Part shown: positions 1 through 7,397 of the stretch, one piece after another | How the letters are laid out: each line of letters begins with the position of its first letter | How positions within the stretch are numbered: position 1 is the stretch's first letter | Assembly (NCBI GenBank): GCA_963663995.1 | Contig: OY760660.1 | Location: 1,500,001-1,532,000 of the forward strand | DNA from: Erysipelotrichaceae bacterium | GTDB taxonomy: Bacteria; Bacillota_I; Bacilli_A; Erysipelotrichales; Erysipelotrichaceae | Length of the DNA: 32,000 nucleotides | Direction: 5' to 3' | Program-made: the position numbers and the translations under genes | Notes under the pieces: model-generated | Told to the model about the DNA's origin: nothing | What the model saw: only the letters and a program-made list of their open reading frames with translations | Databases searched by the model: none

Positions 1-398
1 ACTATAATTTCAATAAACATCACTATACTGGATTAAGGGCTTACGGATCTTCAAAAACAGCTCAGCTATTGAGTGTTTTAGTATTAAATGAAGATAAAAA
101 TTATAAAAACATGAGATTTTTGTGCATGCATCCTGGGGATGTTAAAAGCGATATTGGCAAAAATAATGGGTTCTTGTATCGTCTATTTAGTAAATTATTT
201 ATACAACCAATGCTCAGAGATCCGAAAACAAGTGCGATAGCTATTCATTGTTTATTATCAGATCCATTTTATCGAGAGCAACATGAACAATTCTATCATT
301 TAACAATACCAGAAATCGCAGCGAATCATGCGCGAGATTATGTTAAAGCTCAAGAGCTTATCGAACTATCGAATAAACTAATAAATGATTTTATTTAA
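1..398 (+). CDS. SDR-family oxidoreductase, C-terminal part (the 5' end lies upstream of the window)
   Basis: Frame 3 is open from nt 3. The translation reads ...HHYTGLRAYGSSKTAQLL..., with the Tyr-x-x-x-Lys catalytic motif of short-chain dehydrogenases at nt 42-56, followed by MHPGDVKS (HPG-x-V). The TTG at 69 in the ORF track is therefore internal, not the start. Confidence 0.6.
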   Translation, partial: YNFNKHHYTGLRAYGSSKTAQLLSVLVLNEDKNYKNMRFLCMHPGDVKSDIGKNNGFLYRLFSKLFIQPMLRDPKTSAIAIHCLLSDPFYREQHEQFYHLTIPEIAANHARDYVKAQELIELSNKLINDFI

Positions 399-466
399 TT
401 AATAAAGACAAATTAATGTATCGAAGTTATTAATTACCAAGTACAATTATCAAAAAAGCAAACTAG

Positions 467-494
467 TTGTTTTATACAACAAAACATGTAATAA
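467..494 (+). promoter_or_regulatory. Candidate sigma-A promoter for the MarR-led operon, with an overlapping imperfect inverted repeat
   Basis: TTGTTT (467-472), 16-nt spacer, TAATAA (489-494), with a TG just upstream. The inverted repeat AGTTGT-TTTAT-ACAAC (465-480) overlaps the -35 and would suit a MarR operator. Confidence 0.3.
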
Positions 495-514
495 TACGAA
501 TAAAGAGGTTTATT

Positions 515-937
515 ATGCTATTTTGTGATATTAGTATTCAACATAGATACGGTAAAAATAAATTGGATGAAATGCTTTTTAAGTATGGTTTAGACTGGTC
601 AAGAATGACAGTTATTCTAGTCGTGTCAGAAGTACCAGGAATAGAGCAAAATAAATTAATTCCTTTTTTACAGACAGATAAAGCTAATGTTTCAAAATTG
701 TTGAAAAAGATGGTTAATGAGAACTTAATCATTTTAAATCATAATGCAATAGATAAACGAATTAACAAGTGTTATTTGACAGAAAAGGGCAATGAATTCG
801 TGCCTAAAATGAATGAAATTTTAAGTGCTTGGGAATCGATTCTTTTTTCAGGAATAAAAGAAGATGAGCTTCAAGTTTATCTAAAGGTTAGTCAGAAAGT
901 ATCAAATAATCTTTTGCCAAATTGGGAGAATAAATAA
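515..937 (+). CDS. MarR-family transcriptional regulator
   Basis: Winged-helix region (QNKLIPFLQTDKANVSKLLKKMVNENLIILNHNAIDKRINKCYLTEKG) of typical MarR length. The start is moved to the ATG at 515, preceded by AAAGAGG. The stop overlaps the next start (TAATG at 935-939). Confidence 0.8.
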   Translation: MLFCDISIQHRYGKNKLDEMLFKYGLDWSRMTVILVVSEVPGIEQNKLIPFLQTDKANVSKLLKKMVNENLIILNHNAIDKRINKCYLTEKGNEFVPKMNEILSAWESILFSGIKEDELQVYLKVSQKVSNNLLPNWENK

Positions 938-2712
938 TGGGAATTCAAGGGAAAACTCTTTATGGGTTAATTTTATCTGGTGCAAATAATATTGTAGTAA
1001 ATGAAAATTTGTTAAATAAGATAAATGTTTATCCAGTACCCGATGGGGATACAGGTACAAATTTATCGCTTACAATGAATCAGATTCTTCTTGAGGCAAA
1101 AGAATTTGAACATGTTTTTATGCAAATCGAAAATATTGCAGAGATTGCTCTTAAAAATGCATATGGTAATTCAGGTATGATTTTTGCAGAATATTTAAGT
1201 GGTATGTCAGATTCTTTAATAAACCAAAAAGAGATACTAAAAATTGATTTGATAAAAGCCTTTAAAAATGCGTATTCTAAAGCACATAAATCGGTAGCAC
1301 AACCTAAAGAGGGAACAATTTTAAGTGTTATGAAGATTTGGTCCGAATTATTAGAAACCTCAATACATGATGAATTAGAACACTTATTTAACAGTAATCT
1401 GGAAAAACTTTATAAGTCAGTCGAAAATACAAAAAATCAAATGAAAATTCTTAGAGACAATAATGTTGTAGATGCCGGCGCTATGGCTTTCTTCTTTTTT
1501 ATTGAAGGAATGACTAAGTTCTTGAAAAATGGATTATCAATGAATCTCGAATTCAAAGCATCAAAAATGGAATTGATTAGTGAACCGTTAAAGTCCCTTG
1601 ATATTGGTGCTTATAGATATTGTTGTCAATATCAAGTAAAAGGAAATATTGATGTTAAAGAACTAGAAAAAGAGATTAATCCATATGGTGATTCAATTGT
1701 CATCCATCAAGATAATTCAAACATTAGTATTCATATGCATGCAAATGATCCTGCAATGCTTATGCAAAAACTTTTATCTATAGGTCCTGTTCTAAAACAC
1801 AAGATAGACGACATGTATTTGCAAACTCATATGAAGCATAAGCCAAAATCCAAAATTGCTATTTTAACTGATTCTATTGCAGATATACCTTCTACACTAA
1901 TTGATGATAACCAAGTCGCTGTATTACCTTTAAATATTATTATCGACTCAATTGTCTATAAGGATAAAATCACGATGACAGCTGACTACTTCTATAATTA
2001 TCTTGATGATTTCAGATTAAGTCCAACATCTTCTCAACCTAATACTGAGAGTATAGAACGTTATTTAAAACAAATATTGAACAATTATGATGAAGTTATT
2101 GGAATTTTTGTATCGTCTGAAATGAGTGGTACTTACAGTAATATTTTAAAAGCATTAGATAAATTAGACACAAAGAATAAAAAGATAAAAATAATAGACT
2201 CAAAAAGTAATTCTGCTGCTCAAGGATTGATTGTTTACGAAACTGTATTAAAACGGAATGAAGGATTAAATTTTGACGACCTTGTTGAATATATTGAGAG
2301 ATTAATAGAGAAGTCTGAAATTTTTGTCAGTGTTAAAGATTTAAAGTACATGATTAAAGGTGGAAGAGTTTCAAAAGTGACAGGTCAATTACTTTCATTT
2401 ATTAAACTAAAACCTGTAATATCGATTGATAAAAATGGGAAAGGTATTATTCCTTATAAAACATTAAGTCAAAAAAGTGCTATTAATGCAATTTCAAAAA
2501 AACTATCTAATGATATGAAAGAATTTGGTATTTCAAAGTATTCGTTAGTTTATGCAGACAATGAAATAGATCTTAGCGAACTTAAGCGTGTTGCTGAAGA
2601 AATCATCGGCAAAAAACCTGAATATGTAGAGTGTATATCACCGATTGTTGGCTTGAATGCAGGTAAGGGTGCGTTTGCGATAGCGTACTTAAAGAATGGA
2701 GTAAGTAAATGA
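937..2712 (+). CDS. Dak2 (DhaL/FakA-like kinase) domain fused to a complete DegV (FakB-like fatty-acid-binding) domain
   Basis: N-terminus: VYPVPDGDTGTNL, AYGNSGMIF, PKEGTILSV and VVDAGAMAF, which are the Dak2/FakA nucleotide-binding motifs. Middle: YRYCCQY...GDSIVIHQD...ISIHMHANDP, resembling the FakA middle domain. C-terminal ~290 aa: KIAILTDSIADIP...TSSQPN...VSSEMSGTYSN...DSKSNSAAQG...LKYMIKGGRVSK, which are typical DegV motifs. Confidence 0.8.
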   Translation: MGIQGKTLYGLILSGANNIVVNENLLNKINVYPVPDGDTGTNLSLTMNQILLEAKEFEHVFMQIENIAEIALKNAYGNSGMIFAEYLSGMSDSLINQKEILKIDLIKAFKNAYSKAHKSVAQPKEGTILSVMKIWSELLETSIHDELEHLFNSNLEKLYKSVENTKNQMKILRDNNVVDAGAMAFFFFIEGMTKFLKNGLSMNLEFKASKMELISEPLKSLDIGAYRYCCQYQVKGNIDVKELEKEINPYGDSIVIHQDNSNISIHMHANDPAMLMQKLLSIGPVLKHKIDDMYLQTHMKHKPKSKIAILTDSIADIPSTLIDDNQVAVLPLNIIIDSIVYKDKITMTADYFYNYLDDFRLSPTSSQPNTESIERYLKQILNNYDEVIGIFVSSEMSGTYSNILKALDKLDTKNKKIKIIDSKSNSAAQGLIVYETVLKRNEGLNFDDLVEYIERLIEKSEIFVSVKDLKYMIKGGRVSKVTGQLLSFIKLKPVISIDKNGKGIIPYKTLSQKSAINAISKKLSNDMKEFGISKYSLVYADNEIDLSELKRVAEEIIGKKPEYVECISPIVGLNAGKGAFAIAYLKNGVSK

Positions 2713-3476
2713 TTAATGAGACATTGATTTTAATCATTATGATTTATTTTACAATTTGGTTTGTGATAAACACTAAATTAAAAAATGCGGGTCTAATTGA
2801 TATTGCATGGGGTTCTGGTTTTGTCGTATTAGCGATCACACAACTCATTAAATATCCTAGTTCACTAGGAGTAATCCTCTTTTTGATGGTAGCCATTTGG
2901 GGATTGAGATTAAGTTATCATATAGGGAAAAGAAACATAAATAAACCTGAAGATCACCGTTATCAAAAATTCCGAGAAGATTGGGGAAAATCCTATTTGC
3001 TTCGCTCAATTTTTCAAATTTATGGCTTACAAGCAATACTGATGTTAATTGTTTCGACTTCGTTTCTTGATGGGATAATGCAAGCAGAACTTAGATCTCT
3101 TATCGGTTTATTCTGTGGTATTACTTTATATATAGTTGGTTTAATCTTTGAAATTATTTCTGACTATCAAATGGAACAGTTTAAAAAAGATAAAAAGAAT
3201 AGAGGGAAGCTAATGACAAGTGGTTTATGGTCATTAAGTCATCATCCGAACTATTTTGGAGAAGCAACGCTGTGGCTTGGAATAGCCATATCTTCTTTAT
3301 CTCTTGGCTCAAGTTTTGTCGCAATGATAGGCGCATTTACGATTTTCTATTTAGTGAGATTTTTATCAGGCACACCATTAATGGAAAAGAGAATTCGTGA
3401 GTATCAAGGTTTTGAAGCTTATGCAAAAGTAGTACCAATTTTTTTTCCAAAATTGAAAGGAACACTAAAAAAATGA
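2709..3476 (+). CDS. DUF1295 / steroid-5-alpha-reductase-like integral membrane protein
   Basis: Multi-TM protein with WGLRLSYHIGKRN..PEDHRYQKFRE, SDYQMEQFKKD and GLWSLSHHPNYFGEATLWLG motifs. ATGA overlap with the upstream gene. Confidence 0.8.
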   Translation: MINETLILIIMIYFTIWFVINTKLKNAGLIDIAWGSGFVVLAITQLIKYPSSLGVILFLMVAIWGLRLSYHIGKRNINKPEDHRYQKFREDWGKSYLLRSIFQIYGLQAILMLIVSTSFLDGIMQAELRSLIGLFCGITLYIVGLIFEIISDYQMEQFKKDKKNRGKLMTSGLWSLSHHPNYFGEATLWLGIAISSLSLGSSFVAMIGAFTIFYLVRFLSGTPLMEKRIREYQGFEAYAKVVPIFFPKLKGTLKK

Positions 3477-3871
3477 AATTTTTTCTTCACTTTGCAGTAA
3501 CATTTGTTGTATTTCTCGGTGTAGATCTATTATGGTTAGGATTTATCGCAAAAGATATCTATGCTAATGCTATTGGGCATCTAATGAGTCCTAACGTTAA
3601 TTGGTCAGCCGCAATAATTTTCTATATTATTTTTGTTATTGGTATTTTATATTTCGTCGTTGAACCAGCACTTGTTCATCAAGATATCATTAAGCTTCTT
3701 ATTGCGTCAGCTCTGTTTGGATTTGTATCCTATGCAACATTTGATCTAACCAGTCTTGCTACTTTGAAAGATTGGCCATTAAATATAACAATAATTGATT
3801 TGATTTGGGGAACTAGTTTATCTTTGCTTGTTTCTAGTATTTCGTATTATTTAATCAGATTAATTTCATAA
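3473..3871 (+). CDS. DUF2177-family small membrane protein
   Basis: 132 aa with four predicted TM segments. The VDLLWLGFIAKDIY N-terminus and YATFDLT motif are characteristic of DUF2177. ATGA overlap with the DUF1295 gene. Confidence 0.6.
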   Translation: MKFFLHFAVTFVVFLGVDLLWLGFIAKDIYANAIGHLMSPNVNWSAAIIFYIIFVIGILYFVVEPALVHQDIIKLLIASALFGFVSYATFDLTSLATLKDWPLNITIIDLIWGTSLSLLVSSISYYLIRLIS

Positions 3872-3890
3872 TTAGTCAAGGGAGACAAAT

Positions 3891-4835
3891 ATGTTCGCAA
3901 AACCTAAACTTCTAGTAAGTGATTGTCTTGGATTTAAAGCATGTCGATATGACGCATCACAAATAAATGCACCACTCATACAAGCGTTAGAGCCTTATGT
4001 TGAGTATATAAGAGTATGTCCAGAAGTGGCGATAGGATTGCCGATACCTAGAGATAGTTTAAGGCTGATACAAGATCTTGATCATCCAAAACTTGTTGTC
4101 TCAAAATCAGGTAATGATTTAACGGATGATATGAAGAACTTTTCAAATAAATTTTTGGGTAATTTACCCATGGTTCATGGATTTTTGTTGAAAAGCAGAT
4201 CACCCTCATGTGGAACGAAAGATGTTAAAGTATATCATACGTTTGGAGTATCAAGTGCAATCGGTAAGGGTAAAGGAATGTTTGCCCAAGAAGTCTATAA
4301 TCACTATCCAAATCATCCTATTGAAGAAGAGGGTAGACTAACTAACTTTGCGATTAGAGAGGAATACTTTTATAAGATATTTACACTAGCTGAGTTTGAT
4401 GAGTCCGTTAAAACAGTGAATGATTTAGTTAAGTTTCATACAAAACATAAGTATGCGATGATGTCGTATCAACCCTTGAAAATGACGGAGTTAGGACAAA
4501 TTGTCGCAAAATCGAATAAGAAAACACAAAGAAATGATATTGAAGATTATAAAAAAAGTCTTTATCGATTACTTTCGGAAACTACGAGTATTGGACGTAA
4601 TGTAAACACGTTAAGTCACCTCTATGGTTATTTCAAAGATAATTTAAATGATTTAGAAAAGGAACATTACTTCACAACACTTAAATTATACAAAAACCAA
4701 CAAATTCCTTTTTCAGTACCCATTTCGATTATTAATTCGTGGGCGCTTCGTTTCAAAAATGATTACTTATTAAACCAATCAATTTTAAATCCCTTTCCAA
4801 AGGAACTCATGAATCTACATGATAGTGGAAATTAA
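3891..4835 (+). CDS. YbgA-like protein (DUF523/TudS-like N-terminal domain plus DUF1722 C-terminal domain)
   Basis: N-terminus KPKLLVSDCLGFKACRYDAS...VCPEVAIGLPIPR...KSRSPSCG (Cys-rich DUF523 pattern). C-terminal helical part HTKHKYAMMSYQP...HLYGYFK resembles DUF1722. RBS GGGAGA lies upstream of the ATG. Confidence 0.7.
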   Translation: MFAKPKLLVSDCLGFKACRYDASQINAPLIQALEPYVEYIRVCPEVAIGLPIPRDSLRLIQDLDHPKLVVSKSGNDLTDDMKNFSNKFLGNLPMVHGFLLKSRSPSCGTKDVKVYHTFGVSSAIGKGKGMFAQEVYNHYPNHPIEEEGRLTNFAIREEYFYKIFTLAEFDESVKTVNDLVKFHTKHKYAMMSYQPLKMTELGQIVAKSNKKTQRNDIEDYKKSLYRLLSETTSIGRNVNTLSHLYGYFKDNLNDLEKEHYFTTLKLYKNQQIPFSVPISIINSWALRFKNDYLLNQSILNPFPKELMNLHDSGN

Positions 4836-4849
4836 TCAATAAGGAGAAG

Positions 4850-5473
4850 ATGATGAATTTAAAAGAAAAATATATTGATGCATTAAATGAAATTGATCAT
4901 GATAAGTGCATATTAATTCTAGATGAGTATTTAAGTCATAAAGATGCAAATATTGATGATACTTTTGATTTAGTATCACATGCTCTTTCACTTTCCGTGA
5001 ATTGTGAGACTGATGAAATTTGGACAGAACATGCAAAAACACAAATTGTTAGATCAAGTATTGAACTATTATCAGTTCATATTGTGAAAAAAACGCCACT
5101 AAAAAATAACGAAAAAATAGCGGTAATTTGCCCAAATGGAGAATATCACGAATTAGGCGCACGATTTGTCAGCGAAGCTATACGCAAAGAAGGATATAAC
5201 GCGCTCTTCTTAGGTAATAGTTTGCCTAATAAAGATATTGTCCAACTGGTAAAAGCATCTGATTTAAAAGCAATTGTTTTCAGTATTTCCAACTTTTTTA
5301 CAATGCATTCAATAAATACCGTCATAGATGAAATAAATAAAATAAAACCTGATTTAAAGATTATTCTTGGTGGTCAAGCAATTAATCAAAATCCAGGACA
5401 AATCCATGGAGAAAATTGTGAGCTCTGCACGACTTTTGACCAATTGAAGAGTACATTGGAGAATTTAAAATGA
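4850..5473 (+). CDS. Stand-alone cobalamin-binding protein: helical cap plus Rossmann B12-binding domain, CarH/LitR-type, with no DNA-binding domain
   Basis: Contains E-Y-H-E-L-G, then exactly 41 residues to S-I-S, then 26 residues to GG. This matches the (E/D)xHxxG-41-SxV/T-22..27-GG cobalamin-binding signature. An N-terminal ~95-aa helical segment carries W-T-E-H. The real start may be the second ATG at 4853, which has better spacing to AAGGAG. Confidence 0.75.
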   Translation: MMNLKEKYIDALNEIDHDKCILILDEYLSHKDANIDDTFDLVSHALSLSVNCETDEIWTEHAKTQIVRSSIELLSVHIVKKTPLKNNEKIAVICPNGEYHELGARFVSEAIRKEGYNALFLGNSLPNKDIVQLVKASDLKAIVFSISNFFTMHSINTVIDEINKIKPDLKIILGGQAINQNPGQIHGENCELCTTFDQLKSTLENLK

Positions 5474-6612
5474 AATTATCGTTTAATATTGCAAGACGAT
5501 TTTTAGCTTATAACAAAGGTCAAACACTGCTGATTGTATTGGGTATAGCGATTGGAATATCAGTTCAAATTTTTATTGGTCTGCTCATTTCTGGTCTACA
5601 AGATTCACTAATAGATAGCACGATTGGTAGTAGTGCACACATTACAATCAGTTCTGAAACAAGAGGTGAAAACTTTAACTTCGATGCTGATTATTTAAGC
5701 GAACTAAAAGATATGGAAAATTTTACACATGTTGGAGTAAGTGTTAGTGGTCCAGCTTTTGGTGTCTATGATGAGAAAAGTCAATCCATACTTCTTAGAG
5801 GTTTAGATGATGAAGTGCTTGATATCAACAATTTAGAAGGCAAAATCATAGAAGGAACATTAGATCTATATAGAGGAATTGTTATTGGTAAAGGTTTAGC
5901 TGAACAGTTAGAGATTGGTGTGAATGATGAATTAATCATTCAAACAATTAATAACAATACTTATAATCTTAATGTATCTGGAATTGCTGATTTTAAAGTC
6001 GCAGCACTCAATGATAGTTGGGTTATCTCTAAACCAATTGTTGTCCAAAATATTTTAGAATTAGCGGATCAAATTTCAGCAATTGAAATACAAGTTGACG
6101 AAGTATTTAATGCTGATTTATACGCTGCGAGTTTAAGCATACCAACAGGTTTATCAGTAATTGATTGGAAAGAACAAAACGCAGAGTTACTTTCTGGTTT
6201 AAATGGACAAAGTGTTTCTACGTATATGATTCAAGTTTTCGTACTGGTTTCGGTCGTTTTAGGCATTGCTTCAACTCTTGCGATTACTGTGCTTCAAAAG
6301 TCTAAACAAATTGGAATCTTAAAAGCGATGGGAATTCCTGATACTCAAGCATCCCTTATTTTTATATTTCAAGGAATAATTCTAGGTTTCTTAGGTGGTC
6401 TTCTTGGGATGGGCTTAGGTTATGGTTTATTAGAAATGTTCTCAACATTTGCGAAGGGAGCAGATGGGAATCCAATTATTCCAATTACCTTTGATTTACA
6501 ATTTATTTTATTCTCAGGATCAATTGCAGTTATATCATCATTTATCGCTTCACTAATCCCTGCAAGAAAATCACTTAAACTAACAGTTATTGAGGTAATA
6601 CGTAATGGCTAA
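5470..6612 (+). CDS. ABC transporter permease, FtsX/MacB/LolCE-like
   Basis: N-terminal TM, a large extracytoplasmic domain, and a C-terminal FtsX-type 3-TM bundle (KSKQIGILKAMGIPD...). ATGA overlap with the upstream gene. Confidence 0.8.
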   Translation: MKLSFNIARRFLAYNKGQTLLIVLGIAIGISVQIFIGLLISGLQDSLIDSTIGSSAHITISSETRGENFNFDADYLSELKDMENFTHVGVSVSGPAFGVYDEKSQSILLRGLDDEVLDINNLEGKIIEGTLDLYRGIVIGKGLAEQLEIGVNDELIIQTINNNTYNLNVSGIADFKVAALNDSWVISKPIVVQNILELADQISAIEIQVDEVFNADLYAASLSIPTGLSVIDWKEQNAELLSGLNGQSVSTYMIQVFVLVSVVLGIASTLAITVLQKSKQIGILKAMGIPDTQASLIFIFQGIILGFLGGLLGMGLGYGLLEMFSTFAKGADGNPIIPITFDLQFILFSGSIAVISSFIASLIPARKSLKLTVIEVIRNG

Positions 6613-7282
6613 AATATTAGAGCTTAAAAACATTTATAAATCTTATGGTAAAACAGAAGTATTACATGGGATTAGTTTTGAATTAGAAGAAGGATCATTT
6701 ACATCGATTATTGGTCAATCAGGTTCTGGTAAAAGTACATTGTTGAACATACTTGGAACATTAGATAATGCAAGTCGAGGTGACGTCACAATTGATGGCA
6801 CAGATGTTAAAACTTTAAAGAGTAAAAAACTAGCAGAGTTAAGAAACAATACACTTGGTTTTATTTTTCAATTTCACCATTTACTTCCAGAGTTTTCTGC
6901 CATTGAAAATATCTTGATGCCGATAAAAATTCAAAAAGGTAAAGTCACAAAAGACGACTTAGCATGGGCTGAAGAACTGATTGAAGTTGTGGGATTAAGT
7001 AAGGTTAAAAATAATAATGCTTTAAAAATGTCTGGGGGTCAGCAACAACGTACGGCTATTGCACGGGCACTAATGAATAAACCTAAGATGATCCTCGCCG
7101 ATGAGCCTACAGGTAATTTGGATAGTGATACAGCAGAAAGTATTTATCAATTGATGCGATCTGTTAATGAAAAATATAATATAAGTTTTCTGATTATCAC
7201 ACATGATCAAGCGATTGCCCAAAAAGCAGATCGAATTATTGAGATCAAAGATGGGAAAATTGTACTTGATGTTTCTAAATAA
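6605..7282 (+). CDS. ABC transporter ATP-binding protein (MacB/LolD-like)
   Basis: Walker A GQSGSGKST, signature LSGGQQQR (MSGGQQQR here), Walker B ILADEPTGNLD, H-loop ITHD. It overlaps the permease gene by 8 nt. Confidence 0.9.
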   Translation: MAKILELKNIYKSYGKTEVLHGISFELEEGSFTSIIGQSGSGKSTLLNILGTLDNASRGDVTIDGTDVKTLKSKKLAELRNNTLGFIFQFHHLLPEFSAIENILMPIKIQKGKVTKDDLAWAEELIEVVGLSKVKNNNALKMSGGQQQRTAIARALMNKPKMILADEPTGNLDSDTAESIYQLMRSVNEKYNISFLIITHDQAIAQKADRIIEIKDGKIVLDVSK

Positions 7283-7352
7283 ATACTAGTCAAGCAACAT
7301 AGTTACTCTTCAATCCTTTTCATAAAGAAGAGCTTAAGATATTAATAGACAT

Positions 7353-7390
7353 AAAAAAACTGGAATTCTATGATTGATTTCCAGTTTTTA
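7353..7390. terminator. Bidirectional rho-independent terminator between the convergent ABC operon and nrdJ
   Basis: A-run, stem ACTGGAA (7359-7365), 13-nt loop, stem TTCCAGT (7379-7385), T-run. Confidence 0.6.
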
Positions 7391-7397
7391 GTTTATT

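Noticed and set aside
538-5042. Minus-strand ORFs 538-732 (inside marR) and 4836-5042 (inside the B12-binding gene)
   Set aside because: They are antisense to supported genes, with low-complexity translations and no translation signals.
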